A stretch of 64,000 bases of DNA from Torpedo marmorata (lineage: Eukaryota). A model generated the notes under the pieces. The model worked only from the letters and a program-made list of their open reading frames with translations. It had not been told where the DNA came from and made no database searches. The stretch lies in the NCBI GenBank assembly GCA_977017645.1, contig OZ360220.1, positions 151,528,001 through 151,592,000 of the forward strand. Direction: 5' to 3'. Positions 12,826-24,290 of the stretch are shown one piece after another; the first letter of the stretch is position 1; each line of letters opens with the position of its first letter. Made by a program: the position numbers and the translations under genes.

Positions 12826-13065
12826 AAAAAACACAAAAGCTGGAGAACTCAGCAGGTCAAACAGTGTCTTTTATGTAGCAAAGGTAGAAATACATAACCG
12901 ACGTTTCAGGCTTGAGCCCTTCATCAATTTGACGAAGGGCTCAAGCCTGAAACGTCGGTTATGTATTTCTACCTTTGCTACATAAAAGACACTGTTTGAC
13001 CTGCTGAGTTCTCCAGCTTTTGTGTTTTTTACTTCAACCACGGTGTCTACAGATTTTCGTGTTTA
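12826..13065. mobile_element. Penelope-like pLTR insertion forming a 209-bp palindrome plus 33-bp tail, with 16-bp TSD
   Basis: Arms 12824-12927 and 12929-13032 differ by 1 base. TSD ctgtttggtcctttgt at 12810-12825 and 13066-13081. Homologous to the terminus of the GIY-YIG element at 38378-39316. Confidence 0.88.
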
Positions 13066-13616
13066 CTGTTTGGTCCTTTGTTATGTTTGGACTTAAAAAG
13101 TGAAAGCCAAGTCTTGAAGCAATAGAGGCAACTAAATAAAAGGCAGATATGGTGGTACAATGGATAAATTACTACTGGAGCAGTTAACTAGACTGATAAC
13201 CTGGAAGCATGTGTTTAGGATATGGGGGAAGAGAATTAGAAGGGATCTGAGGGGAACATATTTCACTCAGAGAGGTAAGAATCTGGAATACTCTGCCTGA
13301 GAGAGTGGTGGGAGTAGAGCCGCTGACTGCATTTAAGAAGTATCTAGACGAGCACTTGACTTGCCTGGATTTGAAGGAATAGACCAAGTGCTGTAAGATG
13401 GGATGGGTTCCCACCCATCAGTATGAATGTGGTGGGGCCAAATGCCCTGTTTCCATGACTCATTTGCCCTGTGGGTTGAGTTCAATTCTCTCCATGCAAT
13501 CCATGGAATTCAAATAAATCCAGGCCAAAAGAACCAATGTTAATAACTAAGATCAACGACCTATTGGATTATTGAAAAAGTTCATCTTGTTCCCTTAGGA
13601 GGAGGAATTCTGTGTC

Positions 13617-14105
13617 ATAAGATCACAAGTCTTCAGATATAGGAGCAGAAATAGGCCATTCAGCCCATAGAGTCTGCCCTGCCATTCAATCATGAGCTGA
13701 TCTATTTTTCCACTCAACCCCACTCCCTGACCTTCTCCCCATAATCTTTGATGCCCTGGCCAATCAAGAACATATCAATCTCTGCCTTAAATACACCCAA
13801 TGACGGCCTCCACAACCGCCCGTGGCAATAAATTCCACAGATTCACCACCCTCTGGCTAAAGAAATTTCTTCGCATCTCTGTTCTTTGTGAACTTCCTTC
13901 AGTCCTGAAGTTGTAACCTCAATGAGATCCCCCCTCATTCTCCTGAATTCCAACAAGTACAGGCCAAGAGCCATCAAACGTTCCTCATATGATAACATTT
14001 TCATTCCTGGAATCATCCGTGTGAACCTCCTCTGAACCCTCTCTTATATTAGCACATCCTTTCTTAAATGAGGAACCCAAAACTGCTCACAATACTCCAT
14101 GAGGT
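13617..14105 (-). mobile_element. CR1 3' part (host of the L1 insertion, continues at 17951-18365)
   Basis: CR1 3' UTR and RT C-terminus. Reads '...gaacccaaaactgctcacaatactcc' and resumes 'ctccgtgaggtctcaccagtgcc' after the L1. Confidence 0.85.
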
Positions 14106-17100
14106 TTCCACCTGAATTTTACAAAGAATTTAAAGATCTTTTGATACCACTACTTATGGAGGTGTTGGATCAAACGGTCGAGACACATACCCTCCCAGAA
14201 TCATTCTCAACAGCAATAATTACAGTGATACCCAAAAAAGATAGGGATCCATTAAAACCGTCTTCTTATAGACCTATTTCATTATTAAATTCAGACTATA
14301 AGATCATTGCAACAGCTTTGGCAAACAGACTGGCAGTTTTTTTGCCAAAATTGATAAATATGGACCAAACAGGCTTTATACGAAAAAGACAAATAGTAGA
14401 TAATGTAAGCAGATTGCTTAGTATAATACATCTGGCACAATCAAGAGGGGATCAAGGTGTCACTGTGGCCCTGGATGCAGAAAAAGCTTTTGATAGAGTG
14501 GAGTGGGATTTTTTATTTAAGGTGCTGGAACGATTTGGACTTGGACAGAATTTTATAAATTGGATTAAGGCTTTACATAATAAGCCCCAAGCTAGAGTTG
14601 TGACCAATGGACAAATTTCCTCAGCATTCCCACTATCCAGATCTACCAGGCAAGACTGTCCATTGTCTCCAGCTCTTTTTATTTTGGAGAAAGAACCGTT
14701 AGCAGAAGCTATTCGGTGAGATCCAGACATTAAGGGATTCAGGGTTAACCAGGAAGAGCACAAAATTAACTTATTTGCGGATGATGTACTGATATACCAG
14801 ACAGAGCCAGCAGTTTCTTTAGAAAAATTGCACTTAAAATTGGAAGATTATGGGAAAATTTACGGTTATAAGATAAATTGGGACAAAAGTGAAATTATGC
14901 CACTTACGGATGGAGATTATACTCAATACCAAAGGAATATAAATTTTAAGTGGCCGGCAAATGGGATAAAATATTTAGGCATTAAAATAAATAACAACTT
15001 ACAAGATTTGTATAATTAAATTACCTCCCATTGCTTAGAAAAGTTGAAGAGGATCTTAACAGATGGATGGCACTGCCAATAACACTTATTGGCAGGGTCA
15101 ATTGTATAAAAATGAATATATTGCCATGGATCCAATATCTTTTCCAAACACTACCTATACCATATAACCATATAACCATATAACATTTACAGCACAGAAA
15201 CAGGCCAGTTCGGCCCTTCGAGTCCATGCCGAACACATTCTCCCACCTAGTCCCACTGACCCGCACCCGGCCCATAACCCTCCACACCTCTCTTGTCCAT
15301 ATACTTATCCAACTTTTCCTTAAACATTAAAATTGAACCTGCATCTACCACTTCGGCCAGAAGCTCGTTCCACCCTCCTACCACCCTCTGAGTGAAGAAA
15401 TTCCCCCTCATGTTTCCTCTAAACTTTTCCCCCTTCAATCTCAATCCATGCCCTCTTGTTTGAATCTTCCCCTCTCTCAATGGAAAAAGCCTGTCCACAT
15501 TGACTCTATCTTTCCCCTTCATAATTTTAAATACCTCTATCAAATCACCCCTCAACATTCTACGCTCCAGGGAATAAAGTCCCAGCCTGTTCAACCTCTC
15601 CCTATAACTCAAACCCAGAAACCCAGGCAACATTCTTGTAAATCTCCTCTGCACTCTCTTTATTCTGTTTATATCCTTCCTGTAATTCGGCGACCAAAAC
15701 TGCACACAGTATTCCAAATTTGGCCTCACCAATGCCTTATACAACTTCAACATGACATCCCAACTCCTATATTCAATACTCTGATTTATGAAGGCCAACA
15801 TACCAAATGCCTTCTTCACCACCCTATCTATGTGTGACTCAACTTTCAGGGAATTATGTACCAGAATTCCTAAATCCCTCTGTTCTACTGCACTTCTCAA
15901 TTGTCTTCCATTTAACATGTATGACCTTTGCTGATTAATCCTACCAAAATGTAGCACCTCACATTTATCAGTATTAAATTCCATCTGCCATGTTTCCGCC
16001 CACTCTTCTAACTGTCCAATATCCCCCTGCAAGCTTTGATATCCTTCTTCACTGTCCACAACACCACCAATCTTCGTATCATCTGCATACTTACTAATCC
16101 AATTTACCACCCTATCATCTAGATCATTAATATATATGACAAACAACAATGGACCCTGAGGCACTCCACTAGTCACCGGCCTCCAATTTGACAAACAATT
16201 TTCCACCACTACTCTCTGGCATCTCCTATCCAACCATTGTTGAATCCATTTCACTACTTCGTTGTTAATACCTAATGCTTGAACCTTCCTAACGAGCCTC
16301 TTATGCGGAACCTTGTCAAATGCCTTACTAAAGTCCACATTGCCTCGAGGGTTTTTTCAAGAATTAAATAAATATATCAGGAAGTTCATTTGGAGAGGTA
16401 AGGTACCCAGAGTCTCCACGGAAAAATTAACATGGAGATATGAACTGGGAGGTTCATATTTCAAAAAATATTATTGGGCAGCCCAAATGAAATTTGTCAC
16501 CTCCTTCTTTGAAGGGGAAGACAAGCCTTCCTGGGTAAAGATGGAACTGCATAAGGTGGGAGAGAAGATAGCAGAAGACTTTATATACAAATCAGATAAA
16601 AAATTAATATCCGGTGTGAAAGAAACCTCCCTGCTGAAACATCTAATTGATACTTGGTATAAAATAAATGATCAAATTGTGAATAAGGGGAGGTTATCTC
16701 CAAAAACGCCCCGGGCTCAAAATAGGTGTATACCTTTTACAATGGATAATAAGATCCTGGATGCCTGGTCCCGGAAAGGGATCAGATGTGTCGAGGATTG
16801 CTACGAGCAGGGACAACTTATGTCATTTGAACAATTAAAAAATAAGTATGGTATTATGAATAATACACTCTTCTGCTATTTCTAGCTGAGATCTTACTTA
16901 AGGGATAAATTGGGCCCATCATTGACCCTACCGGAATGCAGTGAAGTGGAGACTTTGATTCGAAAGGGGATCACAAAGAAGTTTATTTCAGCAGCCTATC
17001 TTTTACTACAAATAGGAACCCCTAAACAGGGGCTACATAGATCTAGACAGAGATGGGAGTCAGACTTGGATATAATAATTAATGAACAAAACTGGTCCGA

Positions 17101-17949
17101 CTTATGTCGGGACAGTATGAAAAACACAATAAATGTGAGATACAGACTGGTACAATATAATTTTTTGCACCAGTTTTATCTCACGCCGCAAAAATTGAAT
17201 AAATTTAAATCAGAAATATCAGATAAATGTTTTAGATGCGGTAAAGAAATAGGAATGTTTTTACATTTAACCTGGTCATGCCCCAAAGTAAAACCTTTCT
17301 GGACAGACTTAGGGAAACTCTTAGAACAAATTACAGAAATTCAGTTCCCACAACGCCCGGAATTATTTCTATTGGGCAATATCTCTGGCGTAAGACCTAA
17401 GATGAGGCTGTCAAAATTTCAAATAAAATTTGTGGAGATCACACTGGCGGTGGCCAGGAAATGTATAGCGGTCACATGGAAGTCTGATTCCCATCTAGGT
17501 ATGACAAGATGGAATGAGGAAATGTACAGTTGTGTTCCCCTTGAGAAGATTACCTATAATCTTAGAAATAGATATGATATATTTTTAAAGATTTGGACTC
17601 CATATTTACAACACATGGCTGTAAATCTATAGCCATGCCCCCCCTCGCCTCCAGGACCTATGTCCATTTCCTCTTCAGAAATCCAAGTATGCCAAGTAAT
17701 TTAAGCCTGCGGGGTGGGCGATGAGCCTCCAACGTCTTCTTTCCTTTTCTATTTCAACATTTTCTTATACTATTCCTCTCTTTTTCATTTTGGGGGGAAT
17801 TGGGTGGGTGGGTTTTCCTTTGTTTATAGTTTTGTTGTTGTTTTTTAGTATAACAGTCAACAGATGAATATTATATTTGATGATGTATTATTTTTGTTAT
17901 TGATAATATGTTTGGCTTTAAAAAATACAAATAAAATATTCAAAAAAAA
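14106..17949 (+). mobile_element. 5'-truncated L1-clade LINE interrupted by a CR1 insertion
   Basis: FPPEFYK, SYRPISLLNSDYKI, DQTGFI, LDAEKAFDRVEW, RQDCPLSP, LFADD, and Cys-rich C-terminus CFRC...HLTWSC. U-rich 3' UTR, AATAAA and oligo-A at about 17930-17950. 12-bp TSD actcc(a/g)tgaggt at 14094-14105 and 17950-17961. Confidence 0.92.
15161..16338 (-). mobile_element. Younger 5'-truncated CR1 nested in the L1
   Basis: Open 363-aa RT C-terminal ORF (DFSKAFDKV, YADDTK) and (ATGGTTAT)n tail at about 15161-15184. Removing it restores the L1 reading LPIPLPRG. Confidence 0.92.
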
Positions 17950-17950
17950 A

Positions 17951-18365
17951 CTCCGTGAGGTCTCACCAGTGCCTTATAAAGCCTCAACATCACATCCCTG
18001 CTCTTGTATTCTATTCCTCAAGAAATGAATGCCACATTGCATTTGCCTTCTTCACCACCAACTCAACCTGCACATTTACCTTCATGGTATCCTACACAAT
18101 GTCCCTTTGCATCTGGGAATTTTCAATTTTCTCCCCATTTAGAAAATAACCTGTCCATTTATTTCTTCTACAAAGTGCATGACTGAACACTTTTCAACAT
18201 TGTATTTCATTTACCACTTCTCTGCCCATTCGCCTAATCTGTCCAAGTCCTTCTGCAGCCTTTCTGTTTCCTCAACACTACTTCAACACTACCTGCTCCT
18301 CCAACTATCTTCATATCATCTATAAACTTGGCCACAAAGCCATTCATTCCATAATTGAAATCACT
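17951..18365 (-). mobile_element. CR1 RT remnant (continuation of 13617-14105)
   Basis: Remnant 'FVAKFIDDMKIVG'. Contiguous with the CR1 sequence left of the L1. Confidence 0.8.
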
Positions 18366-18534
18366 GATATACCTGTTTGGCTTATATATGACTCCAGACA
18401 TACTAATGTGCTTGATTATTTGTTGTATTCTTAAATGTCCCAGCAAGTAACAAGGGGTATTGAGAATGAGTGTTCAAAGACAATGAGAGATGGGAATTCA
18501 ATTTGATCGAACAAATAGAAAGCGAGTCACCTAC

Positions 18535-18696
18535 CGTATGGGTTCATGTGATCCCCTGGCATTTGGGGTGGGGTAAGGCCTTGTTGGAAGGGGTCAGTGT
18601 TGTAACCATTCTGGTCCATGGGCACCAGTTGCTGTGGTGGAGCTGTGAGTGGAGCATAAGAATTTATCACCCCATCCATTCTATTTGACATCACTT
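18535..18696 (-). CDS. lmx1b: LMX1B exon 7, 162 bp, not in ORF track
   Basis: tggcag|AA GTG ATG...CCA TAC G|gtaggt. Translates (E)[53 protein letters not shown]. Phase 1-1. Confidence 0.96.
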
Positions 18697-19256
18697 CTGC
18701 CAACAAAAAGAAGATTAATCAGAAATTTGCCTTATTTCCTTGTGCCTTAAAGGAAAAAAAAAACAAATTTCAAAGGAAAGAATTTGTTTCCTCACCAGAA
18801 AGCAACAAGCTTTCTGTCTGAATAAAGCTTTTTAATCTTTCACGGATACATTACAATAAATCAAGGCAGCGAACACATTGATGAGAAAGAAGGCAAAGTG
18901 AATGATCTGAAGGGTTCTAATAATTCACAAGCAACTCCAGTAGTGAGTCATCCTGAGCAAGTGCCACGAGTGGGGTATCAGCTGTATTCTATGGCACCTC
19001 ATTCTGTATTCTGTTTATACCACAGGCAAGATAAGTAATCTAAATTAAAATGATCTAGGACAGGCACAGATTTTAATTTTAAAAGGAAATTAAACTGCCA
19101 GAGTGAATGAACAGTGGTTGGGCAGCATCAATGAGATGCATTTTTCACTCTTTCTTTATTCTGGTATGTTCTGGCATTACCAAAGATTCACAGAAATCTA
19201 CAGCCAAGAAAGAAGTCATTCGTCCCATTGTGACTGTGCCAGTCCAGAAACAGCCC

Positions 19257-19499
19257 CCCTCCCTCCCCCATTTGCTGGTGTGCCCTCCCTCCCTTATCCA
19301 CCTATTACCTCCTGCTTGTGGGACTGTGCACCTCCCCCTGCCCCTCCCCCTCCCCCACCATTTTGTTTGGGCGCCTGCCTACATTTTGTCCATACCTTGA
19401 TGAAGGCTCAAGCCTGAAACATTGGTTATGTATCTTTATCTTTGCTATATAAAGTACACTGTTTGACCTGCTGAGATTCCCCAGCATTGTGTTTTTACT
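19257..19499 (+). mobile_element. Solo Penelope-like pLTR with degenerate hammerhead-like core (19391-19430)
   Basis: C-rich tract, then cataccTTGATGAaggctcaagcctGAAAcattggttatg...gacctgctgag. Possible TSD acagccc at 19250-19256 and 19500-19506. Confidence 0.75.
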
Positions 19500-19589
19500 A
19501 CAGCCCAAAAACTATTTAGGCGAATCCCAGTTCCCTTCATTTCAACACATTTCTCGTCAACTACATGGTTCTCAGTTTTTTTTCTAATG

Positions 19590-19845
19590 ACGTGGATGGA
19601 GGCCATTTGGGCTATCAAATCTACGCCAGCTCTTAGAACATTCCCATCATTCGTACCTCCCCCCACTTATTTCCTATTCTCTTGCACATGTCCATCAGCT
19701 CCCTATTGATTCTCCTGCTTCCCATCCACATCAGGGGTAATTTAAACCCACACGATTATAGAGAGAATGGACAAACTCCACATAAACAGCACATGAAGTG
19801 AGGATCAAATCTGGGTCAGTGCATTGTGCCACTGTGCCCCCCGAC
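19590..19845 (-). mobile_element. Degenerate SINE
   Basis: Reverse complement contains 'ggcacagtggcacaa...tgtggagtttgtccattctc'. Confidence 0.6.
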
Positions 19846-20004
19846 ATACTATGCAGCCTAAAATGGCGTTTGCATTCTCCATAGTAACTTAATTCAGCAT
19901 TTTGTGACAGAACATTCAACAGCAACATAAATCCACACACTTTTCAAATGATTGGTTTTAGTTCAAGCCCTCTCCCCAGTCACCACAATACTGTATACGA
20001 TTAC

Positions 20005-20071
20005 CTTGTCCAAGCCGTTGACCGTTCTGTTGCTCTTGCTGCTGCTGTTGACGTCGGGCCAACTTTTTCAT
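20005..20071 (-). CDS. lmx1b: LMX1B exon 6 (homeodomain end, Q-rich), 67 bp, not in ORF track
   Basis: ttcaag|ATG AAA AAG...GGA CAA G|gtaatc. Translates MKKLARRQQQQQEQQNGQRLGQ. Confidence 0.96.
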
Positions 20072-21196
20072 CTTGAAAATTGCAAAAAGATCAGTTTGAA
20101 ATCGGGAGAAAGATTCAAAAATGTCCCAGCTTTAATTAAACCTCTAAATTTCAGCAAGCAAAAAAATGATCAGAGCCCATGCTGCTTGAGCAGTCGATCA
20201 GAAATGGAGGGTGATTTTCTCAGTGTAGCTGGGATGTAAGGTATGCAGGAAGAGAAATGACAGATGTAAAATGAAAATGCATTATTAATGAAATAATATT
20301 CCAATTTGGAGCAAGCAGAGCTGCTGCCAGTGGAAGGACACCATTAGAAATGGAATAATTTATCCAAATCAGCTGTAAATAAAGAACCTACACCATCGCC
20401 TGCTAAAACAGAGACGAATCTAGCAGCGCCTGTGTACCCCGCTTTTGAAGTGAAGTTACCTTGAAATTAATGGAAGTGTAATTAGGAAGTTGAGCACTAC
20501 TTGCCTGTCATGCCGTTAGCAACACACTTAAGAGCTTACAACTGAATTCTTCATGCTTTAAAACAATGTGACTCATGTAAATTGGATGGGCTTAACTGTA
20601 TTTATGCTTTCTAACTTTACCCTACATCGCAGTTCATATTGTCTATTACAATTTAGCAACCGTGCTTCCTAGACCAAGGGCACGCTATTTGTTTATGATG
20701 GTAATACAAAAGATTTTAAGGATCATCAGGAGTACACATGCTTCAATGTTGACAACCCTTTTGCATTTCCATTTATATTTCTGGCTAATGTTTGGTGCTC
20801 AACAGGAGTTGGATGTGTGATGGGGAGTTTTCTCACAGACATTATGCATTCCCATCACTTGCACCCTGTCCCCAGTATGTGAGGCCTTGGCTGATCTTTC
20901 ACTCATCCCACTCAGTTTTCAGGATGAGATCTCAGGCCAAGGTTGAGCCAAACATCCAGCAACCAGGGAATGAGAGAAAAGTGGTAGACGAAGACTTCCA
21001 TATCATCAGCTTGAAGTAGCTTCAAATCCAAGTTTACAGCGTGTCAAGGAAAGGGTGGGAAATTCACTCCACTCAAGTCGAGGACGCCATCCAAAATCTG
21101 CAACCAAATCTTTGCATTTCTGGCTAACAAAGACCTTGATAAGGCTGGGGATTTGCATTATCCCCTCTCAATTGCCAACCTGAAATCTGAATCAAT

Positions 21197-21475
21197 CTGA
21201 AATGCCAACGCTCCCTTTGCCACCACAGATGCTGCTCGACCCATTGAGGTCCTCCAGCAGTTTGTTCTTTGCTATTACTTGAAGTAGGCTTGTGGGCCAC
21301 TTCAGATGGTAATTCTAAGTCAATCCCATTGATAAATCAAGGTTCAACACGAGACCAGACTTCCTTCCCAGAAGGACATTAGTGAAGCAGATTGTGCTTC
21401 ATGAAAACCTCAGGTCACAACTACTGATGCTTGTTTTCCATTCCAAATGGGTGTAATTAGTTGAGTTTAAACTCC
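21197..21475 (+). repeat. 279-bp direct repeat, copy 1 (intron 5)
   Basis: Colinear with 22970-23248, roughly 90-95% identical by eye. Confidence 0.9.
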
Positions 21476-21549
21476 AGGATATCGAAGCTTTTGGGATATG
21501 GAAATGGCAAGGAGTCATTTATCGTCTGTCCCTCATTGTCTTAAAGCTT

Positions 21550-21875
21550 CCTACTACTAGAACTAGGGGACATCATCTCAAGATCCAGGGTAGTAGATTT
21601 AGGACGGAGATGAGGAGGAACTGCTTTTTCAAGAGTGTGGTGAATCTATGGAATTCACTGCCCATTGAAGCAGTGGAGGCTATCTCAGTGAATATATTTA
21701 AGACAAGGTTGGTTAGATTTTTACATAGTAGGGGAATTAAGGGATATGGGGAAAAGGCAGGTAGGTGGAGATGAGCCTTTCATCAGATCAGCCATGATCT
21801 CATTGAATGGCGGAGCAAGATCGACAGGCCGGATACCCTACTCTTGCTCCTATTTCTTATGTTCTTATGTTCTTC
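21550..21875 (+). mobile_element. CR1 3' fragment
   Basis: Same family as 7916-8250 in the opposite orientation. Ends in (TTCTTATG)n. Confidence 0.85.
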
Positions 21876-22178
21876 CACTGAATTAGATTTGAATTACAAG
21901 TGACTGGGCCAGGCAGAGTGAATGCCAGACCGAGGCAGATCAATGAGGCAAGCTGATGAATGAATTCCAGTGACTTGCTGCACGTCTTTGAGAAGGTGCC
22001 ACTGTTCCTGGATGTCCAACTACAAGTGGGCTGGACTCAGTCCACAGATGACATGATGAGATTTTAACTCTCTGCCTCTCTGAGTTCTTTTCCCAGTATC
22101 ATGGCTGCTGTGTTAGGAGGAAAAACATTCCACAAACTATGACAGAAATCCAGTAGCTTGTAGCAAAACAATGGTTAC

Positions 22179-22256
22179 CTTGGCTCTTTGATTTTGAAAC
22201 CAAACTTGAACAACACGCACACTGAGTCCTGTTTCTGCTGCAAGTGTTTCTCTGAC
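22179..22256 (-). CDS. lmx1b: LMX1B exon 5 (homeodomain helices 2-3), 78 bp, not in ORF track
   Basis: caacag|GTC AGA GAA...GCC AAG|gtaacc. Translates [26 protein letters not shown]. Phase 0-0. Confidence 0.97.
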
Positions 22257-22969
22257 CTGTTGAGTAAAATAAGTCCCATTGCCTTTACAAAGCATTCGCA
22301 GAGTATACCTTTACACAGGGAATACATCAAACTATTCTCATTAATGCATTACCAAAAGCAAGTAAGAATTTGGGTGCATATGTGCATTGTACTTATGTGT
22401 ATGACTTAATTTATGTGTATAAATTAATTCTCATTCTCAACTTAAGAAAAAGGAGCAGAAGTTGGCCATTCAGTCCATTGAGGCTGTTCTACCATTTAAT
22501 TAGATCATAGTAGATCTCATCTTGGCCACAGCTCTACTTTCCCATCTGTTCCCTATAACCCCATCTCCACTATAGATCAAAAATGTATTCAGCCCAGAAC
22601 AGATTCGATATCTGTCCCTCCACAGTTCTCCAAGGTAGAGAATTCCAAAGATTCACGATTCTCTGAAGAATTTCCTCCGCATCTGTACTTTGAATGGGTG
22701 ACCCCGATTCAGAAACTGGTTCTAATCTGTCGGTTTCCTTTAGTTACTCATATTTTCCTCCAGATTCCGCCATCTGCAGTCTCTTGAGTCTAAGATCGGC
22801 AAACTGGGCTCTAATCACATCAGGCCTAGATTGGGGAGGGGATAGGAGAGTATGTGGGTGAAGCAGGTGGGGGAAACAGGAGAACCTGGGTGGATCAGAG
22901 GACAGGAAGTGCGGGTAACCATCCTCTGACCATCTCCCTCTATACTCTGTCCTGGTCCAGGGACCAGAG

Positions 22970-23248
22970 CTGAAATGCCAACGCTCCCTTTGCCTCCACA
23001 GATGCTGCTCAACCCGCTGAGGTCCTCCAGCAGTTTGCTCTTTGCTATCACTTGAAGTAGGCTTGTGGGCCACTTCAGCTGGTAATTCTAAGTCAATCCC
23101 ATTGATAAATCAAGGTTCCACATGAGACCAGACTTCCTTCCCAGGAGAACATTAGTGAAAAAGATTGTGCTTCAGGAAAACCTCAGGTCACAACTACTGA
23201 TGCTTGCTTTCCATTCCAAATGGGTATAATTAATTGAATTTAAACTCC
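22970..23248 (+). repeat. 279-bp direct repeat, copy 2 (intron 4)
   Basis: Colinear with 21197-21475. Confidence 0.9.
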
Positions 23249-23589
23249 CTGGCTGCCACAGAAGGTTTAGGATGCATGGTCTCAAGACAAGTACAGTTAC
23301 CCCCTGAGGCCAGGTCTCTCCACTTGGAATCGCACTCACACTTCATGGATACCTGGTACTTTGCACTGATTTCCAGAGGGAAACTCCCAGCAGCCTCAAA
23401 CCTCTGACCCTCCTGCCCCCTTAACTTGCATTGTGAGATTAAACTGGCCTTGAAGTAGTTGCCTTAACATTGCCCTGAATATTTTGTACTTGCACATCCA
23501 AACAGGTTAGAACAGGTAAGTAGTGAAAGAAGATAGGTGCAGGTACAGTAGGACAGGTAACTAGATGAGCAATAACTAAAAACCCTCAC

Positions 23590-23768
23590 CTTCCTGCAAG
23601 GTTTGGAAGACACTTCAAATGATGCCTTGAATGCTCTCCTTTGTTGTGTGGTGAGAATAGTCCTGGGGCGTTTCGGCCTTCTCTGGTCCTTGCCGTCCTC
23701 ACAAGCCTTCCCCTGACTTCCCTGAATCTTGTTTGGCTTGATGTCAATTTCGTCATCGTCACTCTTTA
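23590..23768 (-). CDS. lmx1b: LMX1B exon 4 (linker and homeodomain N-terminal part), 179 bp
   Basis: ttgcag|TA AAG AGT...AGG AAG|gtgagg. Translates (V)[59 protein letters not shown]. Phase matches exon 3. Confidence 0.97.
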
Positions 23769-23954
23769 CTGCAAGTGTATCACAATTCACCGTCAGTTTA
23801 AATGAGCACGGCGGTGCTCATGGACAAGAGGCGACAAACAGTCAACTCTGCCAATTTCCTGCTCACTAAATTGAGAAATAAGGAGAGATTTATATTTGTA
23901 TTTTATATCTAGAAATTTATATTTTACTTTCACGTACATGAAAAAATTGTAGTC

Positions 23955-24290
23955 TACAAACTTATGAGGGGAATAAATAGGGTAAAAGCAAACAGACGTT
24001 TTCCACTGAGGTTGTGTGGGGCAAGAATGAGAGGACATGAGAGGTTAAAGGTGAAAGGTGAAATGTTTAAGGGGAACTTCACACAGGGAGTGGTGAGAGT
24101 GTGGAGCGAGCTGCCAGCAGAGGTGGTGGATTCAGGTTTGATTTTGACATTTAAAAGATTGGATAGGTTAATGGATGGAGGGGTATGGAGGGCTATAGTC
24201 TGGGTGCAGGTCGATGGCATTAGGTTGAATAGTTAGGCACAGACTAGATGGGCCAAAGGGCCTGTTTCTGTGCTGTAGTGTTCTATGTTT
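23955..24290 (+). mobile_element. CR1 3' fragment
   Basis: Peptide RGHERLKVKGEMFKGNFTQGVVRVWSELPAEVV and tail 'gggcctgtttctgtgctgtagtgttctatg'. Confidence 0.85.
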
